This document shows positions 39,204 through 46,909 of a DNA stretch of 64,000 nt, piece by piece (positions within the stretch are counted from its first letter, which is position 1; the number at the start of each line of letters is the position of its first letter). The DNA is from Candidatus Marinacidobacterales bacterium (GTDB taxonomy: Bacteria; Acidobacteriota; Vicinamibacteria; Marinacidobacterales; DATDRI01): NCBI GenBank assembly GCA_965226495.1, contig OZ245365.1, forward strand, positions 5,888,001 through 5,952,000, written 5' to 3'. A program made the position numbers and the translations under genes. The notes beneath the pieces were generated by a model that saw only the letters and a list, made by a program, of their open reading frames with translations, was not told where the DNA came from and ran no database searches.

Positions 39204-39349
39204 GGGCTATCCTGAAGCAATTTAGTGTTCTCTCTTTCTCCAGGGAGGAGCCCTGTGCCCAATCCGTCCGGACCCATTCCCCCTCGGGTTTTTTCTGGGC
39301 CTGGGAATAAAGGGCACGTTTGCCGGTAACACGTATAAGGAGGAAGGGC

Positions 39350-39946
39350 TTGGGAAGCCCAGCCTACGTCGAAAATCGTGAAAGGGTCGAAGATGACCGC
39401 GACCTCGTGGTACGCGCGCGCGGGGGTGATGCGGAAGCCTTCGAAGCCATCGTGCGCGCCTACCAGAAACGAGTTTACGGCGTGGCCCTACGCATGACGC
39501 GGAGGCACGAAGTGGCAGACGATATCGTTCAGGAAACCTTCGTTAGGGCATACTCCCACTTGGACCGCTTCGAGGTCGGCCGACCGCTCGCGCCGTGGCT
39601 CAATAGAATCGCCGCCAACCTCTGCATCAATTACTTGACGGCAGCTGCCAGGCGCGAGCAGCAGTTCGCCGAAGGCGAAGGTCCGGCTGCCGAGCCTCGG
39701 GCACCACAAACGGACGGTGAGCCCGAGCCGCTCGCCGACTTGCTGTCGTCGGAGTTTCGGAGGGCGCTCGATGCCTCGGTTCAGAAACTGCCGCCGGACC
39801 AACGGATCGTTTTCGACCTCAAGGTTCATGAAGAAATGCGTTACGAAGAAATCGCCCAAGTGCTAGACATCTCAACCGGAACAGTGATGTCGCGCCTCTT
39901 TCGGGCTCGTCAGAAACTCAAAGCGATGATGAAAGACTTTATTTAG
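39350..39946 (+). CDS. ECF sigma-70 factor
   Basis: DIVQETF, WLNRIAAN, YEEIA..L.IS.GTVMSRLFRAR; AGGAGG before TTG 39350. Confidence 0.93.
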   Translation: MGSPAYVENRERVEDDRDLVVRARGGDAEAFEAIVRAYQKRVYGVALRMTRRHEVADDIVQETFVRAYSHLDRFEVGRPLAPWLNRIAANLCINYLTAAARREQQFAEGEGPAAEPRAPQTDGEPEPLADLLSSEFRRALDASVQKLPPDQRIVFDLKVHEEMRYEEIAQVLDISTGTVMSRLFRARQKLKAMMKDFI

Positions 39947-39955
39947 GCGGAAGCG

Positions 39956-41368
39956 ATGCGTTGCGACAATTTTCTACCACTCATCGAAAAGCTCGCGGAC
40001 GGCGAGGCTACGTCGGCGGAACAACAACGGGCCGAGGCTCACCTGGAAAACTGCACGTCTTGTCAGTCGCACTTTCGGTTTCTGCAAGCGTTGCCTGCGG
40101 CGGCTCGTCAGGCGTCTCTAACCGACCCCCCCGACATGTACTGGGATGTATTGCCCCGGAAGATCATGTCTCGCATCGAGAGGGAGAGAGACAAAGGGCG
40201 AAGGGGTTGGTTCGGCCGATTACTCGCACCCTCGTGGCTCAGATGGGCGGGAGCCCTGGCCGCAACGTTGGTGGCCGCCGTTGTGGGACTGCGGGTTCTC
40301 GAGTTTCCGATGGCGGACCGGAACGCACCGTCCTCCGCGTCGGTCACTCGCTCCAACGAGGAAGAACGCGGGGCCGGGATCTCTAGACGGGATGCGCCGG
40401 CGTCTGCTATGCCTGCTATGCCTGCTGGGCCTGTTGCGGAAAATGTCATGGACGAAAAGCCCGCCGCGGAGTCGGCCGGCTCTTTGACTTCCGTCCGACG
40501 TCAAGCGCCTGCCGAGCCTGCCGAGCCTGTGCAGGAAGTCGTCGCACTGAATGACGAAAGCTTCGAGCAAGCGTCTCGTAAACGAGTGGCGCGTGAGCCC
40601 GCACCTCCGGTTGCCCGCGAGGAATTCGCGACCGGTGCTCTTTCGATGCCGGGAAAGGCGGGACAGAAAAAGCAGGATGAGGCTGGTGAGGCTACAGACC
40701 GGCCTGTCATTGGTGGCAGGCGTGGGCGACTCGAGCAGGACCTCGACGAGTTGAAACCGACTCAGTTGAACGAAAAGAACCGAGACAAGGTAAGGGCGAG
40801 GTCTACGATGCCGGACGAGACCGCGAATGTTCCTGATGCGAAAGACCAGGAGGGTCAAGAGCCGAAACCGGCAGGCGCGGAACCCCCTTCTGACCAAGAC
40901 CCGGCGGCACAATCCGTCTCCGTTTCCCGGAGTTTGAGGGCCCCACCACCTTTAGAGGGAGTTCCCGCGACGGCGGCGCAAGCCTATCGCGACTTAGTAG
41001 CCCGGTATCCTATCAGAGACGAAGCACCGGTCTCGTCCGATTTGTCAGGCTCAACAGGCTCAACAGGTTCAACAGGCCCAGCAGGCTTGTCGGGCATCGC
41101 CAAAGAAAAGGAAGGGGCGTTTTCGGATACCGAGCTCGCAACAGAGTGTGCCGATTGGCGTCAGTTTCTCGCGCGCTACCCGCAGGACGAGCGCGTGGTC
41201 GATGCTCGATATCGGTTGGCTCTTTGTTCGATTGAAATCTTCGAACGTTCTCCGTCTGACGACAATCGCCGACGTGCCGTGGAGGATGGTACGTCCTACC
41301 TCGATGTGGCGACGGACGAAAAACATGCTGAGCCGATTCGTCGGGTCTTGGAACGGATCCGACCCTAG
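39956..41368 (+). CDS. zf-HC2 (ZAS) membrane anti-sigma factor
   Basis: HLENCTSC, one TM helix, long low-complexity linker, helical C-domain; directly after the ECF sigma. Confidence 0.85.
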   Translation: MRCDNFLPLIEKLADGEATSAEQQRAEAHLENCTSCQSHFRFLQALPAAARQASLTDPPDMYWDVLPRKIMSRIERERDKGRRGWFGRLLAPSWLRWAGALAATLVAAVVGLRVLEFPMADRNAPSSASVTRSNEEERGAGISRRDAPASAMPAMPAGPVAENVMDEKPAAESAGSLTSVRRQAPAEPAEPVQEVVALNDESFEQASRKRVAREPAPPVAREEFATGALSMPGKAGQKKQDEAGEATDRPVIGGRRGRLEQDLDELKPTQLNEKNRDKVRARSTMPDETANVPDAKDQEGQEPKPAGAEPPSDQDPAAQSVSVSRSLRAPPPLEGVPATAAQAYRDLVARYPIRDEAPVSSDLSGSTGSTGSTGPAGLSGIAKEKEGAFSDTELATECADWRQFLARYPQDERVVDARYRLALCSIEIFERSPSDDNRRRAVEDGTSYLDVATDEKHAEPIRRVLERIRP

Positions 41369-41372
41369 CGAG

Positions 41373-42401
41373 TTAGTTTTCTGGGCTAGGTAGAGTTCCC
41401 CGAATATTCACTTCGAGTTGGTAGATCTCGCTCGTCCCTGCCAGCGCTAGCCTTCCCATTGAGTCGAACGCCAACCCGACCAGAGGTGGGCTGGATACGA
41501 AGCGCGATCGTTTACCGTTCTGGGTGATCCGGTACACGCCGCTATCGCCGACCAGAGCCTCGCTGACGTAGAGGTTTCCGTCGACGTCGAATGCAAGCCC
41601 TTGCGGTCGTCCGAAGCCGGCGGAGAAAACCTCGACTTTGGCGTCCGGGCTAATACGGAAGACAGAATCGATGCTCGACAAACTGGGGCCGGTGACGAAG
41701 AGGTTTCCGTCGCCATCGAACGCTAAATGATAGGCGGCAATGGAGGGGGCTAACTGGCAAAACAACCGCGGCTCACCGTTTTGCTCGATGCGATAGATGG
41801 TTCCCTGACGGTCTCCCACGTAGAGGACGCCATCCGAATCGAAGGCAAGCCCGGTTGCGATGCCGAGCTCGTCGACTACGAGCTCGACGTCTCGCTGCGG
41901 GCTGACACGGTAGACGGCGCCTTCTTGCCGACTTGAAATGTAGAGGTACCCTTCGCGGTCGAAAGCCAAACCAGAGGGATTCATCACTTCGCTCAGGAAT
42001 GGCTTGACGTTTCCCTCTTGATCGATACGGAAGACCGACACTGGCACCTTCTGGCCGCGGCTTCCGCTGAAAGTGGTGTAGAGGTTTCCGTCTCGATCGA
42101 AAACGGGATTGGATACCGGATGCAGCTCCTCCGCAAGGGTGCGTGCGACGGACGCGGTGAACGCTTCACTCACCGCGCCATCCAGCTCTACCTTGACCGG
42201 CACCGAGCCACGGCCTTCCGGAACGATTACCGAGATCGATTCCGCCGAAACCTTGGCGATCTGTGCGCGGGTCTCTCCGAAGAACACCCGGTGCGCGTGC
42301 GCCTGGGTCGGCTCGAAACCATTGCCCAGGATCTCCAGTCGGCCCCCGGCGACGGCATGTGGCGGACTGATTCCGGAGATGAATGGGTGCGGTGAAGACA
42401 A
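41373..42401 (-). CDS. IPT/TIG plus NHL/SMP-30-like beta-propeller protein
   Basis: ISP....G..LEILG.GF domain; repeated P.GLAFD..G.LY. Confidence 0.85.
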   Translation of the reverse strand: MSSPHPFISGISPPHAVAGGRLEILGNGFEPTQAHAHRVFFGETRAQIAKVSAESISVIVPEGRGSVPVKVELDGAVSEAFTASVARTLAEELHPVSNPVFDRDGNLYTTFSGSRGQKVPVSVFRIDQEGNVKPFLSEVMNPSGLAFDREGYLYISSRQEGAVYRVSPQRDVELVVDELGIATGLAFDSDGVLYVGDRQGTIYRIEQNGEPRLFCQLAPSIAAYHLAFDGDGNLFVTGPSLSSIDSVFRISPDAKVEVFSAGFGRPQGLAFDVDGNLYVSEALVGDSGVYRITQNGKRSRFVSSPPLVGLAFDSMGRLALAGTSEIYQLEVNIRGTLPSPEN

Positions 42402-42468
42402 TTCTTAGTCCTAAGTTAGGGAACTCACGCCATCATAGCATGTGGGAATGTGACCTGCAGAAAACGTC

Positions 42469-43572
42469 CTACTGAAACTCGATGAGCGCTTTTTCAATCA
42501 GGCGTTTGAAAATGATCAGGACTTCATCTTCACGCATCGGGCAGATTTTGAGAATGGAGCGGACGTTCCACTCTCCGTTGACTCGAGAAAGGACAAACCC
42601 TTCGTGAGGGTCGAGCTCCAATTTGGCCAACTCGTTCAGTGACACGGTCAGCGCGGGAATGCCGTCAAGAGGGATTTCGTCGACGCCTTTCGCGTCTTCC
42701 ATCTCCCGCTGTATCTTCAATACGAAGAGCCGGGCGTACTTGTTTTGGGGATCGATGGCGAGGGCCGCTTCGAAAGCAGAGAGAGCCTCCGAGTGCTGGC
42801 CGGCGTTGAAGCAAACGACGCCCTCGCGAAGCTTGTCCTGGAGATCAGCCATTTGCTGCTCGAAAGGAATCTCCTCCATGGCGACCGCGACACTGACTAG
42901 TTTACGTTCGTGGAGCTCGTGGAGACGTGTGGCGGCATAAAAGTCCACCGCGTGGAGCTCGAGGGCGATCTCACCGAGATTCTTTCCCTGCGATACGAGC
43001 TCTAGGATTTTCTGATCCACTTCAGAGAGCTCGGCGCCATCGTCGGGCTCGACCGTGAAGGTGGTAAAGCGAGAAGGGAAGACTTGCTCGATGCGGTTCC
43101 ATTCATCACTGCGTCGCGCCCCCTCGAGGATCACTGCGGTGAGATCCAGAGGGATGTAGACCGAGATTGTCTCTGGCAATTGGTCATCCTCAAAGACGAA
43201 ATCGCCGTCCAGCCAGAGAAAACAGTCGTAGATGCTCTCTCCGGTCTTCAATCGGAGCAGCTCGTTCAACTCCTCGTCGGTCAACAAGTCCTGGCGAATG
43301 AGAATCTGCCCCAGCGGTTCGTGACTGCGGTCCTGCTGGATCAACGCTTTGAACAGCTCTTCCTCGTTTAGCTTTCCGGCGCGGATGAGGAATTGACCGA
43401 GTGTCTCTCGAGGGCTATTCGAAGTGGATGAGAAGAGCTGCCCTTTTTTGAAGAAGAGCCGTTTCTCGATCGGCCCCCGTGTCAGGCGAAGCGTCCCGGT
43501 CTTGAGGTTGTTGCCGCACCATTGGAGGAGATCCCCCACGTGCATGGTCTTGAGGCTCCCCGCGAGGCTCAT
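42469..43572 (-). CDS. DUF4388-domain protein with TPR-like segment
   Basis: LAGSL......DLLQW....KTG.L, LGQ.LI repeats, EGARRSDEW. Confidence 0.85.
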   Translation of the reverse strand: MSLAGSLKTMHVGDLLQWCGNNLKTGTLRLTRGPIEKRLFFKKGQLFSSTSNSPRETLGQFLIRAGKLNEEELFKALIQQDRSHEPLGQILIRQDLLTDEELNELLRLKTGESIYDCFLWLDGDFVFEDDQLPETISVYIPLDLTAVILEGARRSDEWNRIEQVFPSRFTTFTVEPDDGAELSEVDQKILELVSQGKNLGEIALELHAVDFYAATRLHELHERKLVSVAVAMEEIPFEQQMADLQDKLREGVVCFNAGQHSEALSAFEAALAIDPQNKYARLFVLKIQREMEDAKGVDEIPLDGIPALTVSLNELAKLELDPHEGFVLSRVNGEWNVRSILKICPMREDEVLIIFKRLIEKALIEFQ

Positions 43573-43609
43573 GGGAACCGTTCTTGAACGAAGAAGGAAG
43601 AGGGGGAGC

Positions 43610-44146
43610 TCAACCGTCGTGGTCGAGCTCGACGTTCCAATAGAGGTAGTCGCGCCAACTCTCCGGCACCTCGCGCAGCCCGATCGTTATCCGAATCGAC
43701 GGCAAAAACGTCGGGCGTTTGGGTCGACGGACGAGGCGTAGGCTGGCCTCCTTGGGCGTCTTGCCACCTTTGAGTCGGTTGCAGTCGATGCAACAGGTAA
43801 CGATATTTTCCCAATCCTTGCGGCCACCTCTGGAGACCGGGATCACGTGATCGAATGTCAGCTCAAGGCTGGGTAAACGTCGCGCGCAATACTGGCAACG
43901 GTACTTGTCGCGAAGATAGATGTTGGCGCGCGAAAAAGGCACGCGATGAAAACGTCTGGCGATCCGGACGTGGTGAAGGAGTCGTAAAACCGAGGGCAGC
44001 TTGAATGTGATGGAGACGCTGCGAACGTCGCGATCATACGCTGCCACCACCTCCACCTTGCCCTTGGTGAGGAGCGTGATGGCCTTTTGCCATGACACGA
44101 CCCGGAGTGGCTCGTAGGTGGCATTCAGAAGGAGCGTTTGTTCCAT
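43610..44146 (-). CDS. HNH endonuclease (McrA-like)
   Basis: LLLNATYEP, RD...CQYC, DHVIP.SRGG..WEN.V.CC..CN..K. Confidence 0.92.
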   Translation of the reverse strand: MEQTLLLNATYEPLRVVSWQKAITLLTKGKVEVVAAYDRDVRSVSITFKLPSVLRLLHHVRIARRFHRVPFSRANIYLRDKYRCQYCARRLPSLELTFDHVIPVSRGGRKDWENIVTCCIDCNRLKGGKTPKEASLRLVRRPKRPTFLPSIRITIGLREVPESWRDYLYWNVELDHDG

Positions 44147-44376
44147 GACCTACCGCTCCCCCGGGCCGCCACGCGCACCAAGCGTGCCGGCGGCACACCC
44201 CCTGCCTGACGAGAAGCGAGTGAACTCCGGGTCGTGGGACTTAGTTTGACGTTGTGCGGGCTTGATGACCCTCCGCTAACGAAACCCCTTAAGGGAGGAA
44301 AACTTGTAACTTCTTTATGTTCCGCCAAAAGTGACCGGATTGTCAAGCTCGCCACCAGGCGGAAATCAATTAATGC

Positions 44377-44657
44377 GCGCGGGGCCCCACCCCCACGCGC
44401 CGGCGCTCGCTCTTCAATCAGTGGCGCGGGGCCCCACCCCCTCGCCTCATGCTCCGTCGGCAAGCGACTCCGCACGGGCTCAAGGCTGTGCTCGCGTTCA
44501 TTGCCACGGCGCAATCGTCCGCATCGGGCTGCTTCGAGGGTATCAGATGTCCCGGTATCACTTCGAAGCTAATCACCCCCGGGATAATTCCTCCCGGCCG
44601 GAGGGCCTTCGGCCTCACTGGCGCGGGGCTCCACCCCCGCGCCTCATGCTCCGTCGA
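44377..44657. repeat. Cluster of three REP-like GCGCGGGG(C/T)CCACCCCC palindromes
   Basis: Copies near 44377, 44424 and 44621; copies 2 and 3 share the tail gcctcatgctccgtcg; related copies at 12118 and 56109. Confidence 0.75.
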
Positions 44658-44683
44658 CGAGCGAGCGCTCGGCCTCTCATGGC

Positions 44684-45148
44684 CTACAAGTACTGGCGGT
44701 ACACCGGGTTCGACATGCAGTAGGCGCGAATCGTCCCCACTATCAACTTGGAATCTTCTATGGAAAGGTTTTGGAACCGCAACCCTGCCCCTGGGGGAAG
44801 GCTGTGAACAGGATGTTTTTGGTCCCGGTTGACGTAAACCACGATCGCCTGGACCTCGAGGAGCCGATCGTTGCCGGGAACGCGAAACTTGAGAACGACG
44901 TTACGACCCTCCGAGGGCAGCGTGTCCGCCGTCACGTAGACTCCCGCGATCGAAAGATCTATCAAGAAAGCGGGTTCGTCCCTTCCGCCGTTGGAAAGAG
45001 TGCAGCGGCGGACAAAGGGGATTCTAAGCGACCTAGGCGTCGCTGGTCTCACTCTCAATAGCGTTGCTCCTGCCCGATCGTAGCGGATCCGAAGTCCCGC
45101 CCGCCTTCGAAACAAATCAAGGTGCGCAATCTTCTTCCTACCCGTCAT
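44684..45148 (-). CDS. PilZ-domain protein
   Basis: RSLR, DLSIAG and G.GLRF motifs; start uncertain. Confidence 0.8.
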   Translation of the reverse strand: MTGRKKIAHLDLFRRRAGLRIRYDRAGATLLRVRPATPRSLRIPFVRRCTLSNGGRDEPAFLIDLSIAGVYVTADTLPSEGRNVVLKFRVPGNDRLLEVQAIVVYVNRDQKHPVHSLPPGAGLRFQNLSIEDSKLIVGTIRAYCMSNPVYRQYL

Positions 45149-45186
45149 CCTAAGAGGGGAGTGAAGCGAAGGTCAAAAACGACGTT

Positions 45187-45540
45187 TCAGGAAGTTCCTT
45201 GCGCTTCGGCGTAGGCTACCGCCGAGTCCTCGTCCGGGAATATCTTGAACACTTTGTCGAGCCGAACAACCTTGAGGAGCCTGAAGATTCGCTCGGAAGG
45301 ATTGACCAGAATCACTTGCCGATCTTCCCCTGAGAACTTGGAGAGGTATCCGATGAGCTCGCCGATCCCCGTGCTGTCGATGTAATTGATCCTGGTGAAA
45401 TCGATCAAGATGTTCGTCGTTTCGTTCATCAGGACGTTCTCCAGTGTTTGCGAGAAAAACTCGGCGCTCTCTCCCAGCCGGATAGCTCCCTCGATGTCTA
45501 GGATGGTTAGGTTACTGCGAGAGCGTTTTTCAATGATCAA
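45187..45540 (-). CDS. STAS-domain anti-sigma factor antagonist
   Basis: YIDSTGIGEL. Confidence 0.9.
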   Translation of the reverse strand: MIIEKRSRSNLTILDIEGAIRLGESAEFFSQTLENVLMNETTNILIDFTRINYIDSTGIGELIGYLSKFSGEDRQVILVNPSERIFRLLKVVRLDKVFKIFPDEDSAVAYAEAQGTS

Positions 45541-45591
45541 GAAAAGGCCTCCCGCTCAAGTGCACGTGGGTGTCGTGATGTGGGACGAGAA

Positions 45592-45621
45592 ATTCTAGCG
45601 CCGAGCGTGAGAACGTGTCAA
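45592..45621 (-). promoter_or_regulatory. Sigma70 promoter of the STAS gene
   Basis: TTGACA-N18-TAGAAT. Confidence 0.65.
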
Positions 45622-45623
45622 CC

Positions 45624-45881
45624 GGCGTCCTGGCTACGCTGATAGTGGCAATGGGATATTTTGGCGGCCGTCACGGTCTAGCGGGCGCGTCCTGCCGCGT
45701 TGGATAACGGCACCCAAAGGTTATTGGACGCCCATCATGTTCTAACCGTCGCGTCTTGCTAGACTGCTAGAAGCACCGCGATATTTTGACGCCCGGCGTC
45801 CTACCGCGTTCGATAGTGGCAACCAACACTCACTGGACGCCCTAGCGGTATTCTGGCGGCCGTCACGGTCTAGCAGGCGCG
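45624..45881. repeat. Mosaic of two degenerate repeat modules
   Basis: Module A (GCGTCC..GATAGTGGCA..GGACGCCC) three times, one partial; module B (TGGCGGCCGTCACGGTCTAGC) twice. Confidence 0.75.
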
Positions 45882-45906
45882 CTCCCTTGTGCTACGATCA
45901 TGACCG

Positions 45907-46893
45907 ATGGTCGTCTTACGCCCTTTGACCCACCGCGTCCTCATGGGGGCTTTGTCCGCAGTATTTCTAAGCGCCGCGTCCCCGTGGGCCAGAAGTCTTC
46001 CCAGCTACATCGACGGGTTCCTCCTGGAGCTGCGAGACGGGAATCGCCAGCGTATTTCGAGACTCGAGGCATCGGGGATCGCCTACAGTCAGGGCCGGCT
46101 AGTGGTCGTCGACGATGTGTTGAGCTCCCTCTTTGTTTTTGATCGCCTGGGGATACTCTCGCAGATGGTATCCCTGGAGGGGTTTCCTGCCGAGGGCGCC
46201 AAGTTCGAGGACTTGGCGTTCGACGAGGTTTCTCAGAGCTTCTTCGCAGTGGGCTCTCATTCGGGATGGGAGCAGGATAGGCTGCAGGCCACGAGCGTAC
46301 TTCTTCGGTTTCGGCTCAAAGAAGGGGCCGAAGGACTGGAGCCCACCGCGAACCGAATCGAAACGTTTCCACTCTACAAGAGCTTCGAGCAACTGGGGCT
46401 CTGGCGTCCAAAGGGCATGAAGATCGAGGGCTTGGCTTTCAACCCGTTGTCGTCGGAGCTTTACGTGGGCCTTAGGGAGCCGACTGACCGAGCCCGCGTT
46501 TACCGCCTCTCGCTGTCCGACTTGGAGAATGCGGCGCGGGGTGGGCCGCCAGCGGAGCTCGAGTTGGCGGCGAGCTTCGATGCCGGGATGATCGAGGATA
46601 CGCCGTTTTGTATTTCGTCGCTTCTCTGGGTTTCCGAGCGTCACGGACTGTTGATTGGCACCAGCACGGAAGACGAGACGACGCACCGTTTCCTGGGTAA
46701 CCGTCTCTGGTTCTACTCGACCGCGGGTCGAGTAGAGCTCCTCCAAGACACCTTCGACCGGGGTAAAAAGACAGAAGGCCTAGCGCAAGGCGACGATTAC
46801 TTGTACATCAGCTACGACAACGATCAGGACGACACCGAGTTGCCGAGCTACGTCCGCACTCTACCCATGGACAGTCTCTTCGGCCCCGACTAA
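45907..46893 (+). CDS. Exported beta-propeller-like hypothetical protein (DUF3616/phytase-like)
   Basis: Signal peptide; EASG, FEDLA..GSHS, IEGLA..GLREP, TEGL. Confidence 0.65.
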   Translation: MVVLRPLTHRVLMGALSAVFLSAASPWARSLPSYIDGFLLELRDGNRQRISRLEASGIAYSQGRLVVVDDVLSSLFVFDRLGILSQMVSLEGFPAEGAKFEDLAFDEVSQSFFAVGSHSGWEQDRLQATSVLLRFRLKEGAEGLEPTANRIETFPLYKSFEQLGLWRPKGMKIEGLAFNPLSSELYVGLREPTDRARVYRLSLSDLENAARGGPPAELELAASFDAGMIEDTPFCISSLLWVSERHGLLIGTSTEDETTHRFLGNRLWFYSTAGRVELLQDTFDRGKKTEGLAQGDDYLYISYDNDQDDTELPSYVRTLPMDSLFGPD

Positions 46894-46909
46894 AAGGTGA
46901 ATCGCCGCC

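Noticed and set aside
39083-39219. 6S or SRP RNA
   Set aside because: No SRP GGAA domain-IV motif. The bulges are one-sided rather than a central bubble, and it is short for 6S.
43610-44146. IscB/Cas9-like RNA-guided nuclease
   Set aside because: Only 178 aa with no RuvC or PLMP motifs; it is a stand-alone McrA-like HNH.
44377-45881. Possible CRISPR arrays
   Set aside because: Repeats are few, degenerate and irregularly spaced, and no cas genes are present.
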